A DNA stretch of 64,000 nt from positions 23,722-87,721 of the forward strand of contig JAGVGJ010000032.1 in assembly GCA_020057115.1 (NCBI GenBank), in the 5' to 3' direction. This DNA comes from Candidatus Omnitrophota bacterium. Lineage in GTDB: Bacteria > Omnitrophota > Gorgyraeia > 2-01-FULL-45-10. Made by a program: the position numbers and the translations under genes. Below the pieces are notes generated by a model. That model was not told the DNA's origin. It searched no databases and saw only the letters and a list, made by a program, of their open reading frames with translations. Positions 25,984 to 36,407 of the stretch are shown piece by piece; position 1 is the stretch's first letter, and every line of letters starts with the position of its first letter.

Positions 25984-28134
25984 TTATTTTTTGTACATCT
26001 CAAGCCCGATGCGTTTTAAAGCCTTGTCTATCGATATGACTTTAACCTTTATTTTATCACCAACGGATATTACTTCATAAGGATTTTTTATAAAGCGCTG
26101 GCTCATCTTGGATACATGCATAAGTCCGTCCTGGTGGACCCCGATATCGACGAAGGCTCCGAAGTCAGTGACATTTGTCACGACGCCATCCATGACCATC
26201 CCCATAGAGAGGTCGTCTATCTCGTTTATGGCGGCGCTGAATTCCACGGACGTGAACTCCTCGCGCGGGTCGAGGCCCGGTTTCTTAAGCTCTCTGATCA
26301 TATCCTCTAGCGTCGGTATCCCCACCTCACCGGTGACATAGCTATTGATATCGATGCCCGATATCGCCTTTTCATTGCCGATAAGCTCTTTTATGCCTAT
26401 ATGCGCGTCCCGGGCCATCTCTTCTACTATGTGAAAGCTCTCCGGATGTATGGCGGAATTATCCAGCGGATCTTCGCTGTCCCTTATCTTTAAAAATCCT
26501 GCCGCCTGCTCGAATACTTTGTCGCCTACGCCGGGGACTTTAAGAAGGTCCTTCTTCGCCTTGAACGGCCCTTTTTCCCTGCGGTAATTTATTACATTCT
26601 TTGCTATGAAAGGCCCTATGCCGGAAACATAGGTCAATAATTCCTTGGAGGCGGTATTTAGCTCAACGCCCACGAAGTTCACGCATGACTCGACGGTCAT
26701 GTCTAGCGACTTCTTGAGCTCCGTCTGGTTGACATCATGCTGGTATTGGCCGACGCCGATCGATTTAGGGTCTATCTTGACTAGTTCCGCGAGAGGATCC
26801 TGGATGCGCCTGGCTATCGATATCGCGCCTTTTACCGTTATGTCAAGATCCGGAAATTCTTCACGGGCAGAGTCTGACGCGGAATAGACGCTCGCCCCGG
26901 CCTCGCTGGTCATAACTACTTTGGCGCTGAGGCCGTGTTTTTTAACGATCCCGTCCATAAAACTGAACGCCTCTTTCGACGCGGTGCCATTACCTACGGA
27001 TACCAGTTCCACCCCGTGTTTTTTTATCATATCTACGACAGCCTTCTCGGCCTCCTCCTTCAGGCGGTCCGACATCTGGAGATATACGGGCTTAAACTCT
27101 TTAAAGTTACCGCTCCGGTCAACCACGGCGACTTTGCATCCTGTCTTTATGCCAGGATCGATTCCCATAATCGTCTTGTGTCCGGCGGGAGCGGCAAGGA
27201 GAAGGTTCCGAAGATTTTTCGCGAATACATTTATAGCCTCCAGCTCCGAGATGTCTATCCTCTCTTTGAACATCTCGACCTCAAGTGAAGTTGATAGCGA
27301 CCTTCTGAATGTTGTCGCAATGGCCTTTAAAAGGTCTTTATGGAATAAGGACTTCGGGTTCTTCGCGGTCTTAAGGATCATAGAGCTTATGGCTTCTTCC
27401 TCCGGGACTTCCACAGACCATGACAGGACTTTCTCTTTCGAGCCGCGCCTTATCGCCAGCACCCTGTGGGACGGGGATCTCGACAGGAGTTCCGAAAAAT
27501 TATAGTATGCCTCGAATTTTGTCTTCGTGCCGTCGAGTTCATGCCTTACTTTCGACACGAGAACGCCGGTCTTCTTGTAAAGGTCCCTGAGCGCGGCTCG
27601 GACATCCGCATTCTCGGAGATATTCTCGATAACGATCTCAAGCGCTTCTTCGAGCGCAGCTTCCAGAGTTGCGACGCCTTTTGACGGATCGACATATCCC
27701 GATATCAGCTTATCCCTGTCGCCTTCGGAAGGCTGTTCTTTTAAGATGAGGTCCGCGAGGGGTTCCAAGCCTTTCTCTTTGGCTATCGTGGCCTTGGTGC
27801 GCTGTTTCGGTTTATATGGCAGGTAAAGGTCTTCGAGGGCGAATTTCTGGCGGCACTTCAGTATCTTGGCCTTTAGATCATCGGTCAACTTTCCTTGCTC
27901 GGATATGGACTTAACTATCGTATCTTTGCGTGCTTCAAGCTCGGCGTAATAAGTGAACTTTTCGCTTATCGAGCGTATCTTCGTCTCATCGAGTGAGCCG
28001 GTCTGCTCTTTCCTGTACCTTGCGATAAACGGTATCGTGGAGCCTTTGCCGAGGAGCGAGAGCGTATTCTTTAACGCGCCCTCGTCGATACCGAGCTCTT
28101 CCAGAAGATATTCAAATATTATGGCTGTGTTCAT
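25984..28134 (-). CDS. tex: transcription accessory protein Tex (YqgF/HhH/S1 domains)
   Basis: 716 aa. A C-terminal S1 domain (GMVMDGVVTNVTDFGAFVDIG) and helix-hairpin-helix motifs are present. Confidence 0.8.
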   Translation of the reverse strand: MNTAIIFEYLLEELGIDEGALKNTLSLLGKGSTIPFIARYRKEQTGSLDETKIRSISEKFTYYAELEARKDTIVKSISEQGKLTDDLKAKILKCRQKFALEDLYLPYKPKQRTKATIAKEKGLEPLADLILKEQPSEGDRDKLISGYVDPSKGVATLEAALEEALEIVIENISENADVRAALRDLYKKTGVLVSKVRHELDGTKTKFEAYYNFSELLSRSPSHRVLAIRRGSKEKVLSWSVEVPEEEAISSMILKTAKNPKSLFHKDLLKAIATTFRRSLSTSLEVEMFKERIDISELEAINVFAKNLRNLLLAAPAGHKTIMGIDPGIKTGCKVAVVDRSGNFKEFKPVYLQMSDRLKEEAEKAVVDMIKKHGVELVSVGNGTASKEAFSFMDGIVKKHGLSAKVVMTSEAGASVYSASDSAREEFPDLDITVKGAISIARRIQDPLAELVKIDPKSIGVGQYQHDVNQTELKKSLDMTVESCVNFVGVELNTASKELLTYVSGIGPFIAKNVINYRREKGPFKAKKDLLKVPGVGDKVFEQAAGFLKIRDSEDPLDNSAIHPESFHIVEEMARDAHIGIKELIGNEKAISGIDINSYVTGEVGIPTLEDMIRELKKPGLDPREEFTSVEFSAAINEIDDLSMGMVMDGVVTNVTDFGAFVDIGVHQDGLMHVSKMSQRFIKNPYEVISVGDKIKVKVISIDKALKRIGLEMYKK

Positions 28135-28204
28135 ATTTTAAGCGGATATTTTACCGAAAAATAGCACCCCTCTCCCATAAGCCGAGAAGGAGGGCGCTGG
28201 AAGC

Positions 28205-28885
28205 TTACTGTTTATCGCCCTTCAGTTTTTCAGGATGATGTCTGACTATCTCTGCCTGGACCAGGTATATCACGTCTTCGGCGATATTTGTCGTATGGTC
28301 GCATATTCGTTCCAGGAAACGCGCGATGAGGAGAAGCTGCACCGCCCGGGGAGCGGTGGAGCCGTCTTTTACCATAAAATCTTCTACGAGTTCCTTGTGT
28401 ATCATGTTGCGCAACTCATTGGCTTCGGGATCCGAGAGAAGGACCTTCTTCGCCAGTTCAATGTCACCTTTAACGAACGAGTCTATGGCCATCTTGACCA
28501 TGCTCTGGGCCACGGCGGCAAGCTTCGGTATGTCGACGAGCGGTTTTAAGATCGGCTTGTCGACTATCTCGAGCGTCCGCTGGGCGATGTCTACGGCTAT
28601 ATCCGCGATCCTCTCAAGCTCGGAGTTGATCTTCATGCCTGTCGTGATGAAACGGAGGTCCTTCGCCATCGGCTGGTACCGCGCTATCAGGTCTATGCAC
28701 TTCTCGTCTATAGCGACCTCGAGCTCATCGACATTATTATCATTCGCGATTATCTTTTTCGCCAGTTCCTTATCTCTGTTCTTCAGCGCCTCTATGGAAA
28801 GATAGATCGCCTCTTCCGCGTAAGCGCCCATCTTCAGTATGTCCTGGTTCAGGCCCTTCAATTCATCGTCGAAATGTCGCTGCAT
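28205..28885 (-). CDS. phoU: phosphate signalling regulator PhoU
   Basis: Duplicated PhoU helical repeats are present. The gene sits next to pstB. Confidence 0.8.
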   Translation of the reverse strand: MQRHFDDELKGLNQDILKMGAYAEEAIYLSIEALKNRDKELAKKIIANDNNVDELEVAIDEKCIDLIARYQPMAKDLRFITTGMKINSELERIADIAVDIAQRTLEIVDKPILKPLVDIPKLAAVAQSMVKMAIDSFVKGDIELAKKVLLSDPEANELRNMIHKELVEDFMVKDGSTAPRAVQLLLIARFLERICDHTTNIAEDVIYLVQAEIVRHHPEKLKGDKQ

Positions 28886-28895
28886 GGCTCCCCCT

Positions 28896-29651
28896 TTATC
28901 CGTATCTTCCGGTTATATAATCTTCAGTGCGCCTGTCCTTAGGCGCGGTAAATATATCCTCGGTCCTGCCGAACTCGATCAGCTCTCCGAGCAGCATAAA
29001 TCCCGTATCATCCGAGACGCGCGCTGCCTGCTGCATGTTGTGCGTTACTATTATTATAGTATAGTTATTCTTCAATTCACGCATTAATTCTTCGATCCGC
29101 GCGGTGGCCTGGGGATCGAGCGTAGAACACGGCTCGTCCATGAGAAGGACCTCGGGCTTGACCGCGATAAGCCGCGCAATACAGAGCCGCTGCTTCTGCT
29201 CTAGTGTTAGCCTCAATGCCGGCTCATTCAGCCTGTCCTTTAGCTCATCCCATAAAAGGACGCTCTTAAGGCTACGCTCGACTATTTCGTCAAGGGTATC
29301 GCGCTTAATGCTATCGGCGTGGATCCTTTCGCCAAAGACGATGTTCTCGTAGACGGAGAGCGGGAACGGGTTCGGCCTCTGGAAAACCATGCCGACCTTC
29401 TTGCGCAGTTTTACGAGGTCGGCTCCCGGACCAAAGATATCCTCGCCGTCAACGAGCACTTTGCCGGCAGTCCGCACACCTTCGATGAGGTCATTCATCC
29501 TGTTGAAGACGCGAAGGAGCGTCGATTTCCCGCAGCCGGAAGGCCCGATGATAGCTGTTATCCGGTTCGCCCCGAAACTTGAGTCAACGTCTTTCAGGGC
29601 GTGGAAAGGGCCGTACCACAGATTGAGCTTATCCGTCTTGATTTTTGCCAT
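28896..29651 (-). CDS. pstB: phosphate ABC transporter ATP-binding protein PstB (copy 2 in operon order)
   Basis: Walker [10 protein letters not shown], an ABC signature and the Pst-type C-terminus are present. Confidence 0.85.
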   Translation of the reverse strand: MAKIKTDKLNLWYGPFHALKDVDSSFGANRITAIIGPSGCGKSTLLRVFNRMNDLIEGVRTAGKVLVDGEDIFGPGADLVKLRKKVGMVFQRPNPFPLSVYENIVFGERIHADSIKRDTLDEIVERSLKSVLLWDELKDRLNEPALRLTLEQKQRLCIARLIAVKPEVLLMDEPCSTLDPQATARIEELMRELKNNYTIIIVTHNMQQAARVSDDTGFMLLGELIEFGRTEDIFTAPKDRRTEDYITGRYG

Positions 29652-30397
29652 TATCCGAACTTCCCTCTGATATAACCGTCCGTGCGCTTGTCGTGCGGGG
29701 CGGTAAAGATCTTGTCTGTTTTATCGAGCTCTATGAGTTCGCCGCCAAGGAAGAACGCCGTCCTGTCCCCGACCCTCGCTGCCTGTTTCACATTATTGGT
29801 AACGAGCACTATTGTGTATTTCTCTTTAAGCTGGACCATGGCGTCTTCGACCTTCGCTGTCGAGATCGGATCGAGCCCTGAGCAAGGCTCGTCGAAAAGT
29901 ATCACTTCCGGCTCCACTGCGAGCGTGCGCGCGATACAAAGGCGCTGCTGCTGCCCGCCCGAGAGCTTGAATGCCGACTCGTCGAGCCTGTCCTTTACCT
30001 CTTCCCAGAGGTACCCCTGCTTAAGCGACTCTTCAACCTTTGAGGCGATCTTCTTCTTATCCTTCTCGCCGTGCATCCTGACTCCATACGCGACATTTTC
30101 GAATATGGAGAGCGGAAGCGGCAGGGGCAGAGCGAATACCATGCCGACCCTCCTGCGCAGCGCTTCTACGTCGATAGACCTGACATCCTGCCTCTCAAGC
30201 TCCACCATGCCGTCCATCCTGAAGTAGGGATTAAGATCGTTCAGCCGGTTGAGCGTCCTTAAGAATGTCGTCTTCCCGCTGTTCGAAGGCCCGATGATGC
30301 TTAGGATCTCATGCTTGAAGATCTCCATCTCCATGTCCCTTAGTACGCGGTTCGCGCCGAACCAGGCGCTGAACTTATGCACCTCTATCTTTACCAT
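29651..30397 (-). CDS. pstB: phosphate ABC transporter ATP-binding protein PstB (copy 1)
   Basis: Walker [10 protein letters not shown] and an LSGGQQQR signature are present. Confidence 0.85.
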   Translation of the reverse strand: MVKIEVHKFSAWFGANRVLRDMEMEIFKHEILSIIGPSNSGKTTFLRTLNRLNDLNPYFRMDGMVELERQDVRSIDVEALRRRVGMVFALPLPLPLSIFENVAYGVRMHGEKDKKKIASKVEESLKQGYLWEEVKDRLDESAFKLSGGQQQRLCIARTLAVEPEVILFDEPCSGLDPISTAKVEDAMVQLKEKYTIVLVTNNVKQAARVGDRTAFFLGGELIELDKTDKIFTAPHDKRTDGYIRGKFG

Positions 30398-31239
30398 TTC
30401 TTTTTCTTTCTGAACTTATAGCGTATGATTATCGCAACCAGATTCATGAAAAGAACAAGTGTAAGCAGTACAAGGGCTGTACCGTAGCGGATCTTCTCAT
30501 CGACATTAGGCACCTGCGTCGAGATGACATAGAGATGGTACGGAAGCGCCATCGCCTGGTCGAATACAGACTTCGGAAGCTGCGGCAGGTAAAATGCCGC
30601 GACCGTGAACAGTATCGGCGCGGTCTCGCCTGCGGCTCTGCCAAGGCCGAGAATAGTGCCGGTCAATATGCCCGGTATAGCGTTAGGCAGGACTATGTGA
30701 CGGATCGTCTGCCATTTACTAGCGCCAAGCGACAGGCTCACCTCGCGGAATGACTGCGGCACGCTTTCAAGGGCTTCCCGCGACGACGTGATTATTATCG
30801 GCAGTATCATGATCCCGAGCGTCAGCGAGCCGGCAAGTATCGACGCGCCGAACTTGAAGAAGATCACAAATAGCGCGAGCCCAAAAAGGCCGTAAACCAC
30901 GGACGGGACTCCCGCGAGATTGACGATCGCAAGCTTGATGAGACGGTTCAATATGTTATCTTTGGAGTATTCGCTCAAATATATGGCGGCTAGAAGCCCT
31001 ATGGGCAGCGCGAACACTATTGCACCGGTAACAAGATACAAGGTACCGACAATAGCGGGAAATATGCCTCCCGCGCGCATCCCCTGTCTCGGGATGTCGG
31101 TAAGGAATTGCCAGTTTATGGCCGGAAGGCCCTTCTGGATAATAATTACGACGATCATTCCTACCGGCACCACTATCAAAAGGGTCGCCAGAAAAAGAAA
31201 AAAGAAAGCGATATTCTGTGTTCTGTGCGGATTGCGCAT
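30391..31239 (-). CDS. pstA: phosphate ABC transporter permease PstA
   Basis: It is a multi-TM permease in the pst operon. Confidence 0.8.
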   Translation of the reverse strand: MRNPHRTQNIAFFFLFLATLLIVVPVGMIVVIIIQKGLPAINWQFLTDIPRQGMRAGGIFPAIVGTLYLVTGAIVFALPIGLLAAIYLSEYSKDNILNRLIKLAIVNLAGVPSVVYGLFGLALFVIFFKFGASILAGSLTLGIMILPIIITSSREALESVPQSFREVSLSLGASKWQTIRHIVLPNAIPGILTGTILGLGRAAGETAPILFTVAAFYLPQLPKSVFDQAMALPYHLYVISTQVPNVDEKIRYGTALVLLTLVLFMNLVAIIIRYKFRKKKKW

Positions 31240-32102
31240 TACTGCCTCTTATGCAGAAATAAGTCCGCGGTCACATTGATCGCGAAACTTATGATAAATA
31301 ACACTATCCCGATGGCAAAGAGCGCAAAATAATGCTCACTCCCCACCACTGCCTCGCCCATCTCCGCCGCGATCGTCGCGGTGAGCGTCCTTACCGGCAC
31401 GAGGATGCTATGCGGAATAACTGCGGCATTGCCTGTTATCATCATCACCGCCATAGTCTCGCCGATCACGCGGCCAATGCCGAGCATCACTGCGGCAAGG
31501 ATACCGCTTGAAGCGGCCGGAAGCATCACGCGCCATATCGTTTGCCAGTGCGTAGCGCCGAGCGCCAGAGCACCTTCCTTATATGTCTTGGGAACGGAAT
31601 AGAGCGCGTCCTCGGCGATCGTAACTATGGTCGGCATGGCCATAAATGCGAGCATGATCGAGCCGGAGAGCGCCGTCAGTCCAGTCGGCAGGTGGAAGAC
31701 GGTCTTTACGAATGGCACTAGCGTCACCATCCCTATAAAACCGAGGACGACACTCGGTATCGCCGCAAGAAGCTCTACGCCTGCCTTGAGAACTTCTTTC
31801 GTTTTTACAGGAGCTATCTCTGCGATGTAGATGGCACATCCGACGCCGATCGGGATCGAAATGATCGCCGCTCCCGCGGTCACCAGAAGCGATCCGAGTA
31901 TAAGAGGGAATATGCCGAGCTGAGGCGGTTCGGATATCGGATACCAGCTTTTGCCGAAAAGGAACTTAAGAGGGCTCTCGATATTGAATAGCGCGAGCCC
32001 TTCCTTGAGCAGGAATAAAAATATCAGCACTACAAAAAATATCGACGCCATGCCGCATATGAAGATAAGGTTCTCGATCATGAATTCTTTTATCTTGCGC
32101 AT
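31239..32102 (-). CDS. pstC: phosphate ABC transporter permease PstC
   Basis: It is a multi-TM permease with an EAA-like loop. Confidence 0.8.
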   Translation of the reverse strand: MRKIKEFMIENLIFICGMASIFFVVLIFLFLLKEGLALFNIESPLKFLFGKSWYPISEPPQLGIFPLILGSLLVTAGAAIISIPIGVGCAIYIAEIAPVKTKEVLKAGVELLAAIPSVVLGFIGMVTLVPFVKTVFHLPTGLTALSGSIMLAFMAMPTIVTIAEDALYSVPKTYKEGALALGATHWQTIWRVMLPAASSGILAAVMLGIGRVIGETMAVMMITGNAAVIPHSILVPVRTLTATIAAEMGEAVVGSEHYFALFAIGIVLFIISFAINVTADLFLHKRQ

Positions 32103-32108
32103 ATCGCC

Positions 32109-32963
32109 CTATTTTTTGATCGGCACGAAATCCGTAGCCAGTACCAGGTCCTGACCTTCTTTTGAAAGCGTGAAATCTACGAATTTTTTCGTAAGCCCTG
32201 CCGGCGTTCCATTGGTATAAAGGAAGAGCGGCCGCGATATCGGGTAACTGCCGTTCAGGACATTCTCTATAGAAGGCGCCACAAAACCCGACGCGCCATC
32301 TTTCGCGACAACGACCGGTTTTTGTTTAGGCGAAATATAACCCATGCCGTAATAGCCGATAGCGGCTCGATTGCCGGCAACCTCGTCGGCGATAGCCTGT
32401 GACGACGATAGCATGAGAGCGCCCGGCGCGAACTCTTCCCTGCTTGAGGGGTCCATCTTCCTTAAGACGTGCTCCTTAAAATAAACGTGCGTTCCGGAAT
32501 TGACCTCCCGCGACAGGATGACGATCTTTTCATCTTTGCCGCCAAGCTCTTTCCAGTTCGCTATCCTGCCGGTAAATATCCCGGCGAGCTCGTCCATGGT
32601 AAGCTTGTCGACGGGGTTTTCGGGATTCACGACTACCGCGAGTCCATCGAGAGCAACCTTTATTTCATTAGGGTTTATGCCCTTCTTCTGGGCCAACACG
32701 ATCTCTTTCGCCTTTACGTTCCTAGAACTCATAGCTACATCGCAAGTACCGCTTATGAGACTAGAAAACCCGGTACCGGATCCACCCCCCGTAACCGCTA
32801 CAAAATCGCCTGTGTTCTTCTCCATATATTTCTCAGCCCATGCTTGTCCCAAGTTCACCATCGTATCCGAACCTTTGATCTGTATTGAGTTTTTATCTCT
32901 TGCGGCAAACGCGGAAGTCGCAAATGTTACTGCTACCAGAAGTAATAACCATTTTTTGATCAT
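32109..32963 (-). CDS. pstS: phosphate-binding protein PstS
   Basis: It has a signal peptide and a periplasmic binding protein fold (TGGGSGTGF). Confidence 0.8.
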   Translation of the reverse strand: MIKKWLLLLVAVTFATSAFAARDKNSIQIKGSDTMVNLGQAWAEKYMEKNTGDFVAVTGGGSGTGFSSLISGTCDVAMSSRNVKAKEIVLAQKKGINPNEIKVALDGLAVVVNPENPVDKLTMDELAGIFTGRIANWKELGGKDEKIVILSREVNSGTHVYFKEHVLRKMDPSSREEFAPGALMLSSSQAIADEVAGNRAAIGYYGMGYISPKQKPVVVAKDGASGFVAPSIENVLNGSYPISRPLFLYTNGTPAGLTKKFVDFTLSKEGQDLVLATDFVPIKK

Positions 32964-32984
32964 ATCTGACCCCTCTTTCTATTT

Positions 32985-33030
32985 AAATTATATCTTACCC
33001 ATATTATATCCATATTAACTTGATGTTAAA
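32985..33030 (-). promoter_or_regulatory. Pho-box-like direct repeats upstream of pstS (TTAACA-n5-TTAATA-n5-TATAAT-n5-TAAGAT)
   Basis: The repeats have 11-bp periodicity on the minus strand, 15-60 nt upstream of the pstS start. Confidence 0.35.
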
Positions 33031-33042
33031 TCTGCGTAAAAT

Positions 33043-33708
33043 CTAGAACGATATCTTATTCTTTAGCCACAACACATTAGCCTCGTACCATTTATCTCCG
33101 GTACCCCTGGTCGATTGCAACATATATGAGATATCGAACTTCACGTATTTGGTCAATTCGACCTCTACGCCTGACTGGAACCTGTTCTGGTTAAAACCCC
33201 TGCCATTGGAGGATATGAATATCTCATCCGAGGTATAGGGAGCTATCTTCATCCCCTTGAACTCAAAAGGGTATTTTAGTACGAACCTGTTGCGATATCT
33301 AACCTGGTCGAGGGCGTACCTGAAATGCCTGTATTCTATGCGGTTACGGTCCTCAAACCTAAACTTCCATATATCCTGCTTCCAGGTGAGGTTCGTATAG
33401 ATATCGTCCTCTTCCCTCCATTTGCGCTTGTACCTTTCGAATATAAGGCGGTAACCCAGGGCAAGTTCGAATCTCTTGTCGAACGCCCAGGCAAATCCCC
33501 AGTCGTAATGCTGATAGAAAAACTCCGTAGCGGTCTCGGCGAACCGGAATTCCTCCTCCATCGTGAACTTCGTAGCCTTGCCTATCTTCACGTCCTGGGC
33601 ATTCGTGTTCCAGATCTGGAAGTCGCCATTATCATAAGCATAGGCTTCAAAACTAACTGCCGCAAAACACAAAATCAAAACCGCTAACTTAATAACATTC
33701 TTAAACAT
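33043..33708 (-). CDS. outer-membrane beta-barrel protein (DUF2490-like), signal peptide
   Basis: It has a signal peptide and aromatic-rich amphipathic beta strands. It sits next to the pst operon and could be a phosphate-regulated porin. Confidence 0.45.
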   Translation of the reverse strand: MFKNVIKLAVLILCFAAVSFEAYAYDNGDFQIWNTNAQDVKIGKATKFTMEEEFRFAETATEFFYQHYDWGFAWAFDKRFELALGYRLIFERYKRKWREEDDIYTNLTWKQDIWKFRFEDRNRIEYRHFRYALDQVRYRNRFVLKYPFEFKGMKIAPYTSDEIFISSNGRGFNQNRFQSGVEVELTKYVKFDISYMLQSTRGTGDKWYEANVLWLKNKISF

Positions 33709-33801
33709 GCTACACTCCTCTCTTTTTAAAAAGAGTATAGATCATTGATATTAAATCCGCTTCAAGTAGATGTAAAATATAGGTAAAGCTTTGGAGAGGC
33801 A

Positions 33802-35580
33802 CTAGGGCCTTGGAAGGACTATCCAGAATTTTGATCCGAAACCTTCGGAGCTTTCCACGCCGACGCTGCCGTTATGAAGCTCGACGATATGTTTAACGAT
33901 GGAAAGCCCGAGGCCCGTTCCTCCGAGTTCGCGCGAGCGCGCTTTGTCCACGCGATAGAACCGCTCAAATATACGGCTAATATCTTTTTCGGGAATGCCA
34001 ATACCCGAATCTTCCACGACAATTTTTATTTTACCGTCCACATCCTGGCTGTAAATCCTGACGAGCCCTTTTTCTTTGTTAAATTTTACAGCATTATCGA
34101 TAAGATTTGTAAAGACCTGTTCGATCCTGTTCTTATCCGCTTTGATTAAAAGGCTTGCCGGTAATTCATCTTTAATTTCTACGCCCTTCTTCCTTAACTG
34201 AGACTTAAATCCTAAAATAACTCCTTCGGCAAGTTGGCGCAGGCTTATATCCTTTTTCTCCAGAGTTATTTCTTTTGACTCCAGATGTGACAGAGAAAGC
34301 AAGTCGTTAACTAGATTGTTCAGCCGTTCCGCGTGTTCCTGTATTATCGCCAGGAAGTCGCGACTATTCTCTTTATCGTCCAGGGCGCCCTCAAGAAGCG
34401 TCTCGATAAACCCCTTTATGGAAGTGAGCGGTGTCTTTAATTCGTGCGATACGTTGGCGATAAAATCGCTGCGTATAGTCTCAAGTTTTCTTATCTCGGT
34501 TATATCATGAATAACTACTAAACATCCCGTCACTTCATTATCATCAAAAATAGGTGTTGCGTTAACCTCAAATATCTTGTTTACCGGATACATAAGAGCT
34601 AACTCTGCTGATGCGCCCTGTCCTTTCCTTAAAACAGCGTTGATGACTTCTGGAATATCATTGTTACGTATAACTTCCAAAAAGACTTTCCCTTCTACGT
34701 CTTTTTTAGAAACCCCGAAAATCTTCTCGGTCGTAGGATTTATAGAAATTACACGCCCCTTTTTATCTACGACGATAACCCCCTCGATCATGCTGTTGAA
34801 AATCGCGGCAAGCTTCTGGTTTTGCGTTTTAACCTCTTTGATCTTGTCTTCTATGTCCTGAGCCATCTTGTTGAGGGTATCCGCAAGTTCCCCGATCTCA
34901 TCTTTAGGTATCTGGATTATCCTGCGGCTAAAATCGCCTTCGGAGAATTTACGAGAGATCTGTGTCATTCTATTGATCGGCCTGATAACATTTCCGGCTA
35001 CCACAGATCCAAGTAGAAACGCAAGCCCCAGAGCAAAGATGAGCCCGATAAAAACTATTTTTCTAATGGCAAGCAATGTTTTTTGCACGCTCTCCAGAGG
35101 CAGCGCTAATCTCAAAACGCCGGTAATTTCACTTTTATCTTTGAGAGGAATGGCTACATAGAGCATGTCTATCTTGAGGGTCGGCGAATAACGTGTATCG
35201 ATGCCTATATCACCAGTTAAAGCAATTCTTACCTCTTGCCGATTTATGTGATTCTCCATGCTCAGAATCTCTTGTTTGGGTTTTTCAGAATCGGAGAGAA
35301 CCGCACCTTTCTTATTAATAACGGTAATTCGACACTTTGTTTTCGGCCCCAGTAGCTTAACTAAAATATCTAGAGAGGCGAAGTCTTCTTTTTTTATACT
35401 TTCGGCGGTGATCTGGTTCTCGATCAGATTTGCCTGGGCAACAAGAGAGGCCTGGATATTATGAAGGGAATTTTCTTCGAGATTCTTGTCCAAAAAAAAT
35501 GCCATGAAACCGAAAGATACTGATATTACGAAGGCATAAGAAAGGATCAGCTTTGACTTAAAGCTTATTTTGATCGCCAT
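33802..35580 (-). CDS. phoR: sensor histidine kinase PhoR-like (TM, HAMP, PAS, HisKA, HATPase)
   Basis: An H-box SHELKTPL and N/G boxes are present. It sits next to phoB. Confidence 0.75.
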   Translation of the reverse strand: MAIKISFKSKLILSYAFVISVSFGFMAFFLDKNLEENSLHNIQASLVAQANLIENQITAESIKKEDFASLDILVKLLGPKTKCRITVINKKGAVLSDSEKPKQEILSMENHINRQEVRIALTGDIGIDTRYSPTLKIDMLYVAIPLKDKSEITGVLRLALPLESVQKTLLAIRKIVFIGLIFALGLAFLLGSVVAGNVIRPINRMTQISRKFSEGDFSRRIIQIPKDEIGELADTLNKMAQDIEDKIKEVKTQNQKLAAIFNSMIEGVIVVDKKGRVISINPTTEKIFGVSKKDVEGKVFLEVIRNNDIPEVINAVLRKGQGASAELALMYPVNKIFEVNATPIFDDNEVTGCLVVIHDITEIRKLETIRSDFIANVSHELKTPLTSIKGFIETLLEGALDDKENSRDFLAIIQEHAERLNNLVNDLLSLSHLESKEITLEKKDISLRQLAEGVILGFKSQLRKKGVEIKDELPASLLIKADKNRIEQVFTNLIDNAVKFNKEKGLVRIYSQDVDGKIKIVVEDSGIGIPEKDISRIFERFYRVDKARSRELGGTGLGLSIVKHIVELHNGSVGVESSEGFGSKFWIVLPRP

Positions 35581-35587
35581 TTAACAC

Positions 35588-36280
35588 CTACTCTTCATCT
35601 TCGAACCTATATCCGTAATTCTTCACGGTTACGATGCGCGATGATTCGTCCTTTAACTTCTTACGCAATGTCCTTATATGTACGTCCACGGTACGAGTCT
35701 GAATCTCCGCAGCATGATCAAATCCCCATATGGTATCTAACAGATGATCCCGAGACAAGACTCTGCCTCTTGATTTTATCAGCGCTTTAAGAAGCTCGAA
35801 TTCTTTTGCGGTAAGCTCTATTGGCTTGCTCTTAACAGTTACTGTGATTTTAGCCAAATCTACGGTTAGATCCCCTACTTTTAACACCTCCAGCAGCTTA
35901 TCTTTGTCTTTGCCGCGGCGCAAAACCGCCTTTATTCGCGCGATCAATTCTCTGGGACTAAAAGGCTTTGTCACATAGTCATCTGCCCCTAATTCAAGCC
36001 CAACGACTTTATCTGACTCCTGGCTTTTTGCCGTTAACATGATGATCGGGATCGATGCGGTTTTACTATCACCCTTGAGAGTCTTGCAGACTTCCAAACC
36101 GTCTATTCCGGGAAGCATTAAGTCCAAAATAATTATATCTGGGTGTTCGCCCCTTGCTGATTCTATGGCGGCTTCTCCATCGCGAACGGATAGGGTCTTA
36201 AACCCTTCCTTCTTGAGGTTATACTCAAGCATCTTTACTATATCTTTTTCGTCTTCTACTATTAAAATAACTTCTCTCAT
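35588..36280 (-). CDS. phoB: response regulator PhoB/OmpR family
   Basis: It has a receiver domain plus a winged-helix DNA-binding domain. The track N-terminal extension overlaps tRNA-Arg, so the start was set to the ATG at 36278-36280 (MREVILIVEDE). Confidence 0.8.
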   Translation of the reverse strand: MREVILIVEDEKDIVKMLEYNLKKEGFKTLSVRDGEAAIESARGEHPDIIILDLMLPGIDGLEVCKTLKGDSKTASIPIIMLTAKSQESDKVVGLELGADDYVTKPFSPRELIARIKAVLRRGKDKDKLLEVLKVGDLTVDLAKITVTVKSKPIELTAKEFELLKALIKSRGRVLSRDHLLDTIWGFDHAAEIQTRTVDVHIRTLRKKLKDESSRIVTVKNYGYRFEDEE

Positions 36281-36310
36281 TTTCGATTCTCGATTTTCGA
36301 TTGCTCTAAT

Positions 36311-36385
36311 TGGCGCGCCTGGGCAGAATCGAACTGCCATTTCTAGCTCCGGAGGCTAGTGCGTTATCCGTTACGCGACAGGCGC
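36311..36385 (-). tRNA. tRNA-Arg (anticodon CCG), with CCA encoded
   Basis: Reverse complement GCGCCTGTCGCGTAACGGATAACGCACTAGCCTCCGGAGCTAGAAATGGCAGTTCGATTCTGCCCAGGCGCGCCA. Confidence 0.8.
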
Positions 36386-36407
36386 TGTTGAAAAAAATCC
36401 CCTATAT

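Noticed and set aside
28896-30397. Duplicated pstB as an anomaly
   Set aside because: Tandem pstB paralogs (pstB1/pstB2) are common in pst operons. Both copies have intact Walker and signature motifs.
36281-36310. Three ATCGA(A/G)A direct repeats between tRNA-Arg and phoB start as a regulatory element
   Set aside because: The region is too short and degenerate to distinguish from chance. It is noted but not called.
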